DNA of 64,000 nucleotides from Camelus dromedarius (Eukaryota), in NCBI RefSeq assembly GCF_036321535.1, contig NC_087446.1:48856001-48920000 (forward strand), in the 5' to 3' direction. How positions within the stretch are numbered: the first letter of the stretch is position 1; every line of letters begins with the position of its first letter. The notes under the pieces are model-generated. The model did no database searches. It saw nothing but the letters and a program-made list of their open reading frames with translations, and was not told where the DNA came from. The translations under genes were made by a program, and so were the position numbers. This document shows positions 12,836-24,040 of the stretch, piece after piece.

Positions 12836-13564
12836 TGACTCCATCCTGAGCTTGGACTCGGAGGCATCCTCTCCTCAGAAGGAGGCAGAGACGGATCTGG
12901 AAAGGGGCATGAAGCCCTCCGGCTGTTGGAGAATCTGGTCACTCAAAATCACCCAGCAGGAGAGGAACACTCAGGCTCCTAGTGCCAGGGTGCCTGTGCA
13001 ATTTATCCTGCCAGCAGGGACACCTGAGAGCCCCAGGGGCACTAACCAGGGGACGTGCTGGGCCACGGCACATCCTGGGACTTCGCCTTACTCTGGCTAT
13101 TTTGAGAATTCCCTGGTTTGGAATGGATGCGTTCCCACAAATGGCACTGCCTCCACCACGTGCCTGCTGGGCACCGTGCTGCACGTGGCAGATTGACAGT
13201 GACAAGTCCTATTCTCCAAGCAGCAGGAGTGTGCATGCCTTTCCCGTGCTGTCCCATCATCTCTGTAGTCTTCAAGGCAAGTGTTCTGTCCATGAAGAAA
13301 ACGAGACCCAGAGAGAGTTAGTGACTGAGTGGACATCACATAGCCTCAAAAAAGAGGGATCTGCATTCCCACCCAGGTTATCCTCTTCTCCAGCCTTTTT
13401 TATTTACCTCTTTCTCTCCCACCATTTTGTTTTCCTCGCCCTTTTGTTTTCCTCTCATGATCATTGCACGCAGGCCACCCTGGAATGCAGCAAACTAATG
13501 TGGAAGGACTTTTTCAAGTCTGAATTTGCCTTTGCCACAAAGACCCAGCCTGATTCACATACAC

Positions 13565-14149
13565 TGTGAAAGGGCTGTTGATCTCGTGTCAGGTCTACAA
13601 CTATGCAAACCCAAAGCAATTTCTCTGCCTAGAAACCCGCAGCCACAACACATTCTACTGTAACAGGGAAGAACAAATCTGACTGCACACTGCAACTGTT
13701 TCTTTTACTTTAACCTCTGTATTCTCTTGCTTTTGTTACAAGTTCATCACTAAGGGGATGTTGCCTATAAGAGTAAATTATACATAATGGCCCATCTCTG
13801 GGAACTCTGTCTCCCAGGTAATGAGCATAAAGCTAAAATACCTTTGTTTAGCTCACAGGAAACATCCTGACCAGACCCACCTGTGAATGACTGCAGGAGG
13901 GAAGAAATGAACACATCCCCTCCAGAGGCTGATGGGAAACAGGAAATGTTTGACTTTGCTCCCTCCCATTTTAGTATGAAAGAAGCCTGAATTGTAACTC
14001 AGGCAAGAGGGTTCTCTGGGACACTAGTCCACCATCTTCTTGGTCTGCTGGCTTTCCGAATAAAGTCACTATTTCTTGCCCCAGCAACTTGTCTCTTGAT
14101 TTATTGGCCTGTCAAGTGGTGATCAGTAATATGAGCTTGGACTCGGTAA
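13565..14149 (+). mobile_element. ERV1-class solo LTR (subfamily not assigned)
   Basis: Starts tgtgaaaggg; AATAAA at 14059-14064 within gctttccgaataaagtcactatttcttgcccc; ends gagcttggactcggtaa. No internal retroviral sequence follows and no clear TSD. Confidence 0.8.
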
Positions 14150-14964
14150 TGCTATTAAGCTGACTTACATAGTGTCACAGAGAGTTCTCTTAGAGAGCTA
14201 GATAGATGGTGCACTTTTGTCCCGTTAGCTAATGCAGGTTTGTTGAGCTTTCCTCTAACACACCACCTGAAGCCTTTGCTGCTAGTTAAATACTTGGGGT
14301 CTTGCCACCCGTTTTCTCACAACGCATCATTTTAAAGCTTTTATAAATCTAAGTTCCGGCACATGACTGCACATACAGCACTTAGCAGGGTTGACAATTA
14401 TGTCCTTTGACCCAAGAAAAAGGATCAAGTGATTCAATTCACATTTAATCATTTTTATTTCATTCTAATGTAGAAATCCATTTCCTTCAGAGTGAAATAA
14501 ATGATTCAACCTTCCTCCAGGGAAGAGTTAAGGTAAATGCAGTTGCCACACAAAATCCAAATGGCTCTAGGTAATATTACATATTTCTAAAAGTAAGCAG
14601 TTGGAGATGGAAATGAAACTTAATAATAATACTGCAGGCATTCCCTGGGATTTTATTATAAGTTTATTATGATCATAAATATGGAATTTACATGCAATAT
14701 ATATATTTCAATATTATATTTTGTTAAATTAGTTCAGCATTTAGTCATTAACTTGTTGGTGGTATGTTATGGTATGTTATTTATATTTCCTTTGCGTTAC
14801 CTACACGACTTCTGAGACCCACAAAATGAATTAAAAATCAATTCTTTACCTTCACAGTATATTCTAAAGCAGATTTTATGTATATTTTCCGTGTTTTAAC
14901 CACGTAGGAGGTTTTTGGCTATAACACCTGTGAAAAATTAAATCTGTTCTGTAATCTGCGTCCT

Positions 14965-14982
14965 TGTGTGTGTGTGTGTGTG
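14965..14982. repeat. (TG)9 microsatellite
   Basis: Read directly. Confidence 0.9.
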
Positions 14983-16459
14983 CGTATGTAAAATTGAGGG
15001 TTTGACATAGAAATTAAGCCATAAATGACTTAATGATCCACCTAATGATCTACAAAGAAATCAAATGACTTCCTTCTCTAAATTCCTAAGAGAAGCTCCC
15101 AGGGCAGTCTATCATATTCGTTCACCAGGGAAGCCCACATGTTGTCTGTGTCTGAGCTGCCATTTCCTAAACACAAGCTTGAACAAATCCTTGGAGCTCA
15201 GGAAGGTTGCCACCGCAGTGCACTGTGGGCAGGGGGACCCCGTGGAATTAGTTTTCCCTCCCTCCACCTTTGTTCCCCTATTTTGTTTCTATCTCAGCTC
15301 CCTCCACATCGCCACATTTCTCCCACGCCTGCCATCACCCCCTCCTCCTGTTAAGCAGTTAGGGGCAGGGCGGCCAGCGGCTTTTCTGAATTCCTGTTTC
15401 CAAAGCCAAGTCAAATACATTAGGACAGTGCATTTTCCCCTGCCTTGGACTGCCCTGGGTCTTGTAAGGAGTACCATGCATTGCGGAGTGTCAGAAAGAG
15501 ACTTCTTTTTAGCTGATCCTGTTGACCCCGCTGGTTGCCAGAGTGAATCCTATTTATGTTAAGTTCCATCTAGTGTCAGCTTATTACACATGGTTTTAGT
15601 AAAGAAAAAAATGTTTCAAAAGGACTGGCTTTGCAGTATTTATTAAAACACACAATGTTCCGAGACCTCATTATAACATCATTTTAAGGTTCAATTCACA
15701 CAACTGCACAAACACAAAATCTTCCAGGACTTTTGGTAACTAAATTTACTTGGATGAAACTCAAGAAGTTTACAGTTACAAGTTGAATTGTTATATCGCA
15801 AACATAAGCTGTGTCTACACCCAAGCCACCTCCTCGTGAAAGCATGTGGACAGTGAATAGTGACTACAGAATTTTTTTTACAGTGGATTTGGGCTGGAAA
15901 ACTGAAATTTGTGGTGGGGAGCTGCATTTGCGTGGCAAGCACATTTTTCATGTTTCTAAACAAATTTGCTTTGTTTCTGAAATGATTTGTACGTTACAAG
16001 TCCATTACAATAACAGCCTTCTATTTCCAGATGCTTTTGTTCACACCTTATTAACATTGAAAAATGTCAAAGTGACTATATGGAAAAACACGATTTCATT
16101 TTACTGGGAGCAACTGATGGATAGCATTTGTGTGTGGGACTCAAACCCCCTCCCCACATTCCAGCCACCACTTGGTGCCAAGGCTAGTGAAAGTTAAAGT
16201 AATTTAAGGAAAAAGAACCAAGCATGAAAACCCACTTTTGATCATGTGATTTGGTTGCTTGATCCAGGTCTCTGATGCCCCACCCACCCTGGCAAGTATT
16301 AGGAGGTGGTGCAATGGTAAGCAAAATACAAGTATGGAAAGAGGAAGAAAATATTAAACTCGGAAAGAGAAAAAAATGATAACGTTTATATATCCGATCA
16401 TATTAGTAATGCGAATGTAGAAATTCTTACAGAAATTCAAGGAAGGTTGTAAATGAGGT

Positions 16460-17760
16460 GACTGTTTCCTCCTTCTTGCCTGTGCCAGTGGCCTGGGGTG
16501 GAGGGGCCGTGTCCTTCCTCTTAACTACCATTTCCAGCTCACGTTTCTTCTTTTCCCTGTACCCATCACAATTCCTGCTCGTACCTTCCTACGACTACCT
16601 ACACCTCCTTGTTGAAATCAGCCACAGAGCTCTGGCCACTCCCTCATGACTTGAGAATTTTAGCTTTGGTTCCTGGCTCACCATCTCCATTTTAAATTCA
16701 TAGGCATTTCAATGTCCACATAGATGATCTTTCTAATAACCCGCCCTCAAAGTGCCTCTCTTCTCATTCTCTTGTCTTCCATCCCACTTCAGTTCTCAGA
16801 CTCTGTGGTCACACATACCATCCACAGGCTCTTTAATGATCAAAACAGCACCTCCTCTACAATAATAATTTTAAGCATCCCACTGTCTGACTCCCTCCTC
16901 CTTTCTTTCCGGCTTACTCCCTCTGGAACTAGGCTCAAACCATTCTCTGGACCCCCTGGGAGAAACGGTCCATTGACTCTACTACGGTTTCATTGTTGTA
17001 CACTCTTTCTTGTCTCTGTTTCCCTCTTTATCCAACTTGCCTTCCATGGTCTTTGTTCACCGTCGTCTTTATCACCGTCATCAGAGTCACTACCTCCACC
17101 GCCTTACTCCACTTTCTTTTTATCCTGCTCAGCTGGAAAACCCTAGCTGTGCAAAAATTCAACCCTGCATCCATACAGCTGAATGTGCCTGGAGGAAAAA
17201 CTCTGCCAAGTCGCCTGCTCTCACTTTTAAATTCATGACTGTCACCCTCCCGTGGGTTCTCGGAGCTGCCAGGCAGTCCCACTTCCTGTCCCTGGACTGT
17301 ACATTCCATCATTCTTCTAGATGATTATTTCATTCCTTCTCTGCTTGAGCCTCCAAAACCTCTTCCCACATCTCTACTCTCAGCCGATCACCTTGCTTTC
17401 TGTATCACTAACATCAAATCGTATATTTCCGCCACCCTGTCTACCAACCTACTGGCACCTGAGTCCATAAGCCTTAGTGTCTGCCTGTTGCTGTAGAGGA
17501 AATATCCACTGTCCTGATTCTTCTGATTGTTCCCTAGATGCCTTCTCCTCTCCTTTCCCCAAGGACACCACTTCAGCAATTTCCCCCTCTTTCCTGGAAT
17601 TTATAAACTTTGCCTTCTATGGTTACATAGTTCCATAGCAATACAAACATGCTATAATATTCATCAGCTAAAACAAAACAGACACTTCTTAAACTGCTTT
17701 CCCTTCCATACCCTGCTCCATTTCTCATTTCTTTACTGGAAAAAAAAAAAAGATCCCTCA
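16460..17760 (+). mobile_element. L2 LINE, fossil ORF2 endonuclease/linker region
   Basis: From 16708 translates FNVHIDDLSN (L2 GDFNIHVDDPSN-like). The ORF at 17010-17324 contains TAECAWRK...FKFMTVTLPWVLGAARQSHFLSL, matching the L2 AAERGWRK...FKFMTTNLKWALNAARQSYYISL pattern. Confidence 0.85.
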
Positions 17761-18677
17761 AAGAGCTTAAAATGAGTTTACTAGTTTCCTACTGAATATG
17801 TGCTAGTGGCTAAGGAATGGCACCCCAGTTGTAGATCAAAGAAGTGCACCAAGGTTTTGGGGAAAAGGCAGGCAGAGAAGCAGATGGTCCTCGGTCTCGG
17901 CCAGCGTGACTTGATAAAAGTTTCTGTCCCTCAGATCTGTCTTCAGACACCAACATCATTAATCTTCTTAATGATCCTTATTAATATGAAGCTCAAACTT
18001 AACAAGAATTCAAACCCTAGAACTGTTTTCATTTAGCCAGCACTATTTTGTGAGACATGTATTTTCTCCACCAAACACTGAAAGTTTTAGTAAATCGCAA
18101 TCGGCATTTTGTTAGATGAAAACCTTACAGGGAGTTTAAGGGAAAAGCTGCTGAGTCTAAGGGACAGCTGGGAAGAAGTGTCGAGACAGAATTCATTCTG
18201 CATTTATTATAGTCCTTTCTGTTAGAACTTTTTCTAAATGTTTTGAATAGATGGTATATTCATTCAAGTAGCACCTGATGACCATAAATTATATGAAAAA
18301 TATTTATTCAGTCATTGCTTACAACTTTCTTTGAGCTTGGCAGCTAAAGTGAAATCTTGCTTTCAAACCAAATATATATATTTGGAAAACCAAGTGCCCA
18401 CCCTCCTTGATGTACAAGTGACTCAAGCAGAAGAAAAAAAGTCAGAGCAAAATTCCATGAAAAAATAGAATAAATTGGGAAAAACAAAAAACAAACAAAC
18501 AAAAAACTGCCTGGCCAAAAAATACACCAAAACAAAAGTCTTTCGGACAATTGAATTTTCCAGAGTAGCAGGTGATGAATTAGCCACCTTGGGGAAGACG
18601 TGCCATAGAACTGATCCCGACTTCATTTCATAGTCTGATAGGAAAAGATAAAATGCTGCTATTAAAATGGTTCTTAG

Positions 18678-18790
18678 AAAAAAGAATATGAAAATGAATT
18701 CATGTATGTTCACGTATGACTGAACCATTGTGCTCTACACCAGAAACTGACACAACATTGTAAACTGACTATACCTCAATAAAAAAAAAG
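18678..18790 (+). mobile_element. 5'-truncated L1 3' end with TSD
   Basis: gtatgactgaaccattgtgctctacaccagaaactgacacaacattgtaaactgactatacctcaataaaaaaaaa; tggttcttag duplicated at 18668-18677 and 18791-18800. Confidence 0.88.
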
Positions 18791-19879
18791 TGGTTCTTAG
18801 CCGTTTTATCTCTATGGTTATACCATTTCCCAGTGTAACTAAACACCTGACTAATTAGCATACTTCAGTAGTCAAGAGACACAACACTGCTGTTGAAATA
18901 GAATCTTGCTCAAAAAGAAACTATTAGGGGACACAGGGTCTTGAAAAACACTTGAGGGTCCCCTTGATTCATACTTCTGCATTTTATGTGTATATGACTT
19001 CTGTATTTACTTACTCATTTTTTTCCCAGAAAAATTCAGGATCAAAGCCATTCCTTGAGGCCATGTATAAAAATGTGAAAACCAAGGCAAATAAGAATAA
19101 ACAAAAGCCATGTGTATCCAAGCGGGCTCTTGGAAGCATGCTTAGGAGATGCTGTCTTTAGAAGTCCTACAGGCAGAGCTGAAAAGCCACCCAAATATCC
19201 TCATTTCTAAAAACTAGAACTGTTTTGATATATTATAAAGAAATGGATGCTCTGACTATTCCTGAGGGTCATTTTTTTCTTTTCATTCTCTCTTCCTTGA
19301 GGATACTTCATGATAAGAAAGAACAATGGTGACTTTGATTTTTTTTTTTCTTCTTTTCTGTTAGTGTCAGTCCCCTCCTCTTCCCTTTGGCACTTTTTGA
19401 GTCAGCAAAAGCCTTTCAGAGCCCTCCCTGGCTGGGGGCTTACAGCTTGCAGAGGCCAGAGCTCTGGCAAGAATCCAGTCCTTATCATTCAAAGTCACTG
19501 TTGTTTTTTTTTCTCTAGAGGGGGTAGGAAAAAGAAGACAATTTCATGCACTGTTTGCAGCCAGAATAAGTCTATATTTTGAGTCTGTTCAAATAATACC
19601 TTTCTCAAAATTTTCTGTCTATAAAACTTGATGCAAATTTTGAAAAGTCATTTCTGCAGAAGCCAGATTTCCTGACAGTCGCTTTCTATAATTCATTGGC
19701 TGTCTGTGAAGAAGCCTTTTCTTCAATATAAAAAGTCTTTTATTAAAATCTTTGTTCCAAAGATAAAATAAAGAAAAACCTATTTCGAAGGCCCAGGCTA
19801 AATCTATTTTTACCATCTGATTTTGATAAGATGTTTTAGCCCTACAAAATAATGGTATAAAGTAATAAAACCAATAACT

Positions 19880-20040
19880 GTTTCTAGCTCTCAGTTAAGA
19901 AATGAAACATGATGAATGCAGTGAAAACCTCCTGTGTACCTTCTCCAGTTGTATTTCTCTCCACTTCATACCTAACCCATGGATAATGATTGTCCAAATT
20001 CAGTGCTGATCATTTCTATTGTGACTTTAAAATGTCATCT
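19880..20040 (-). mobile_element. Possible old L1M fragment
   Basis: aaaacctcctgtgtaccttctccagttgtatttctctcc...ataatgattgtccaaattcagtgctgatcatttc resembles L1ME 3' sequence. Confidence 0.35.
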
Positions 20041-20300
20041 GCTAAATCTTCAGAACAAATTTAGCAACCTAAGTCAAAGCACATGGAGCAGTAGAATCAG
20101 AATACAGAGACTATGCAGATGGTTAAGAAGTAGCTTTACAATCTCTGTACACTAAAATTCCATGGTTCTATAAATTGTGGAAAATGCAGTGAATCAGCTA
20201 ATTTGTTAACAAAATCAAATGAGAAGTTTGAAATCCAATCCAATCTTCCCATTCCTTTACTTTACTTTTTAAATTAAATTGAATTTATTTTTCTACTTCC

Positions 20301-20392
20301 TTTATTTTTTAATTTTTATTTTAATGAAGTATACTTGGTTCGCAATGTTGTGTCAGTTTCTCACGTACAGCACAATGTTTCAGTCATATGCA
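20301..20392 (-). mobile_element. L1 3'-end fragment
   Basis: ttttaatgaagtatacttggttcgcaatgttgtgtcagtttctcacgtacagcacaatgtttcagtcatat. Confidence 0.7.
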
Positions 20393-21294
20393 CCATTTAT
20401 TCAGATCCATCATATTGTTATTTGATTAATTATTCTTGGAAATTTTAAAAAATGACAAAAAATTGTCCCTATTCCTAGGGAGATGATTTCTTGATTCCTT
20501 TTCATCCATCCTTCTATTGATATATACTCGAAAGACACAGCTCCCGTACTGAGAGCAAATAGTAAAGCACACTGAACATTAGATACCCTGTGAGGCTGTC
20601 AATTCAATTTGCATTGTAATTCAGCCACCTGCAGGATTGGACTCTGAGTTTGGTTTTTAGATCTGAGGCTTCAGAAACAGTGTCTGTGAAGAGGCAACAG
20701 TTTTCCTTGGACTTTTCCACCAGCTACAGTTTGTGGGCTCGCTCTGATAGCTGGACAGCCTAGAGCCCCAGCTTCGCCTTTAGGTTCCAACTTGTCCACC
20801 TGCATCATTGCTTCCAGAGAGCTGGTAGTGGCTTTCGGCGGATGCATCAATTCCCCGCTATTGGGAAACATAGTTATGACTTAGCCAAGTGGGCACAGAT
20901 AAAAGCTTTATTATAGTCCCTTCCCCGGACCTGGAGTTGGGAATTTAAAGGCTTGTGTTCATGATTTTCTTTGTCCGTGTCTGCAGTGCACTCAGAAGTG
21001 ACAAACCAACCCAATATATATTTTTAATTCCCACTAAAATGTTATCTGTTTGCAACTGCTTGTTCATTTGAAACCTTATCTTCTATAAGTATTTGATGAT
21101 AAGTGATTGTAGATGATGATTTAAGTAACTGTTTTGCCAGTTACTGTTTAGCCATAGCATGTCATGGGCAACCAGTGTCCCCTTTGCCAACGGGCACAGG
21201 GTCCCTAATTCCTTTAAATCCAATTTTATCAGTGCAGTCGTTCCAGATTCACGTCATTCTGTGCAGTTCTGTCCTCTGGAATCCACTCTGGTAG

Positions 21295-21793
21295 CAGTAA
21301 CTGTTAGGCAGGATTCAGCTGGGGAAGCAGAAACACTGTGACATATTTTGAAATAAGGGATTTTTATAGGAATGTGGTCTATACATTTGTAAGAGAAACT
21401 GGAGACACAGAGTCTGGAAAGGGGAGGTGAAGGATGAGAGGATATTTGCTAAGCAACCCTCCTAAATCCAGGTACAAGCCCTGCCAGGTGTGAACACACA
21501 GGAGAGCTGGTGGAAAGAAGAGGGGTAGGGCCACCATCTCCTCACCTGGGGATGGACCTGCAGTCACCCATGGTCGTCAGGCCAGCTGTCAGGAAGAAGA
21601 GCTGGATATGGAGTGGGAGAAAGAGACCACAAACTGGACCCTCAACACCACTGACTCTCAGAGATTAATAGCCTCTGTGTCATTCCTGCCCCCCAAATCT
21701 TGTGCCAATTTCTCTTCCAGTGCATGCCCACCTAGAACCACATAGGAAAGAAGATTCTGGAAAATGGAGTTCCAGCTTAGCCAGGTTGATGCA
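21295..21793 (-). mobile_element. ERVL-class LTR (LTR33-like)
   Basis: The reverse strand begins tgcatcaacctggctaagctggaactccattttccagaatcttctttcctatgtggttctagg, matching the LTR33-group 5' end. Confidence 0.7.
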
Positions 21794-21840
21794 AAAACAA
21801 AAACAAAAACAAAAACAAAAACAAAAACAATAACAAAAAA
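21793..21840. repeat. (CAAAAA)n microsatellite
   Basis: About 7-8 units read directly. Confidence 0.9.
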
Positions 21841-22496
21841 CCCCACCACCCCTTCTAATCGTTAGTTCCTGGCTCCCACTCTCCCATTGCTGACTTAGAA
21901 TCCATCCTTAGATGTTCTCGCTTGTTCTTGCTCAGATTTGCCTACTACTTTTTTGGGGTTTTTTTTTGCCTACTATTGCCATAAATCTGAGTTAGATCTA
22001 CGGTTTGTCTATATATCTGAGCTAGGTAGGTCTTTATCTCTGACTTCACCCCAAATACCAGGCTTTCTTATTTTATCTATATTTTCCCAGACTCTAACTG
22101 CAGTCTTTGGGGATATTTGTTGCCTTTGTGGCCACCAGCTTTTTCTGAACACATTTTCCACATTAGGAGTTCTTCCATGATAAAACATAAGCTGCATGTC
22201 ATTTTCCCAGCCTCCAGTGATCCAGGTTCTGCATATCAAAACCACCACTGTGGTCTCAGACTGGTCTTAAGATTTTGGATGCAGAAATAGCAGAAGTCCC
22301 TGTGAGTATGTCCATGCTGGGCATCCCCAAGGGAGAGATGTGCTGCCTGTTCCCACAAGCGGAGACACGTTGAAGGCACACCCACGAGCATCCTGGCATT
22401 GAAACCATGCGTAATTCCTGCATGCAAATTCTCCAAGATGATTCTCTGGACCTCCCAGAGGCTCATCAAATGTTCCTGTGTGCTAACATCCTTTAG

Positions 22497-22600
22497 TAGA
22501 GCACTCCTCAAACTTCAGTGCACCTAAGAAGGGGGTCTAGAATGGGGCCCGGCATTTTGCGTTTCTAACAAGCTCTTACTGATGACAAAGCTTGTGATCC
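22497..22600 (+). mobile_element. MER5A-like hAT fragment
   Basis: ctcctcaaacttcagtgcacctaagaa...ggggcccggcattttgcgtttctaacaagctc. Confidence 0.55.
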
Positions 22601-22879
22601 AATTGATACAGGCCAAACCTCTTTTCCAAGTTGCTTCAGTGATGAGGCCAGAGTAGTGGGGGATAAATAAGAACTGTCATTGGTAAAGTCTGGCACTGGT
22701 GGCGACAGTTCCAGTAGGAGGTCTGGGGAGTCCTGGTATTCTTGAACTTTTAGTGGGGTGAACTTTCTGCTGTAGATAGAAGTGTGAATATTATTTCTTT
22801 CCACCCTGAGAGAAGAGGAACTCACAAAATTTTACTTATTATTTCCTAAGCTTCTAATTATGATTGGCAGTGCTAAATA

Positions 22880-24040
22880 ATCTCCTGGTTTCAGGGACCA
22901 TCTATACACTGTAGACTCTCATGCTTCTATATCCATCCCAGAACTCACCCCTGGCTTCTGAACTTGTTTATCTGTCAACATTTCCACTTGGCTTGTTTTG
23001 TTTGTTTTATGAGAGGGGTGGTAATTGGGTTTATTCATTTATTTCTGTTTGGAGGAGGTGCTGGGGATTGAACCCAGGACCTCGTGCATATCAAGCATGC
23101 GCTCTACCACTAAAGCTATACCCTCCCCTTCAACATTTCCACTTGGATGCCTCATTTTATATTTAACACAACCCACACTGATCTCATGATATTTCCCCTA
23201 AACCACTTCCACTCATAATCTCTCTCATCTCAGTTAATGGCACCTCTACCATTTGAGTTGTTTATGTCCAAACCTTAGAGGTATTGAGTCTGCCTATTGT
23301 AAATAATATCTAATTCATCAGCAAATTCTCTGCAAAATCCAATTCTTAGCAGCTTCACAGTCCTCACTCTTGTCTAAACCACCATTGTCTCTCACCTGGA
23401 TTATAAGCCATCCACTTCATCTATCCTTTCCCTGTTGGCCTGTCTGCAGCACAGAAGTTACAATTTTCTGATAAAACACATCATCATGTCACTCCTTTGC
23501 TCATAATATGCTGGATTTAGAAGAAAAGTCAAACTCTCACAGGGGCCTGCAAAGTGCTAGACAGTTTGGCCCTTTGTCAGTGTTTGACTTTATCATCTAC
23601 TACTTTGACTCTCTGCGTTTAGCTACAGCCAGACTGGCCTTGCCCTCTCAAACACAACAGCCATGGACCTACCTCAGGGCCTTTGCACTGGCTAGTCTCT
23701 GTCTGGAATGTTGTTCCCAGATATTTACATGGTTTGCTCCTGCATTACCTTTAGGTTTTACTCAAATATTCCATTTTCTCAGTGAGGCCTTTGCTGGCCA
23801 GACTATAATTCAGTCTCCTCTCCTGACCTTCCCAGTACCCCTTATCTGCTTTAGACATTTTCCCTGTTTTTAACACCATTGACCAAACATATATCTTGTC
23901 TTGTATATTAACTTTATCTCTTATAAGACTATAAGTTCCATGTGAGAGAGATTCTGTTTTTTCATTGCTCTTTGCACTGTGCGTAGGAACATGCCTAGCA
24001 CATAGTAGGCGATCACTAAGAATTTGTTGAGTGAATGAAT
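22880..24040 (+). mobile_element. L2 LINE 3' portion, interrupted by a SINE
   Basis: Begins at a YADD-region relic (ccatctatacactgtagactctc), continues caacatttccacttggatg, cagggcctttgcactggct, and ends cacatagtaggcgatcactaagaatttgttgagtgaatgaat. Confidence 0.85.
22992..23129 (-). mobile_element. Vic-1-like camelid tRNA-Ala-derived SINE with perfect 17-bp TSD
   Basis: Reverse strand reads ggggagggtatagctttagtggtagagcgcatgcttgatatgcacgaggtcctgggttcaatccccagcacctcc plus an A-rich tail; tcaacatttccacttgg at 22975-22991 and 23130-23146. Confidence 0.9.

Noticed and set aside
12982-13569. 195-aa + strand ORF overlapping the 288-aa ORF
   Set aside because: GTG start, low-complexity C-terminus, no domain similarity; explained by local GC richness.
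23050-23129. tRNA-Ala-like sequence (also at about 43765-43830 and 61735-61809)
   Set aside because: Each copy continues into the shared SINE tail, has TSD-like flanks and carries stem-disrupting changes. These are SINE heads, not tRNA genes.
16460-24040. Idea that the L2 pieces at 16.5-17.8 kb and 22.9-24.0 kb are one interrupted element
   Set aside because: Order and strand are compatible, but part of the RT is missing between them and 5 kb of unrelated sequence intervenes. Not testable by eye.
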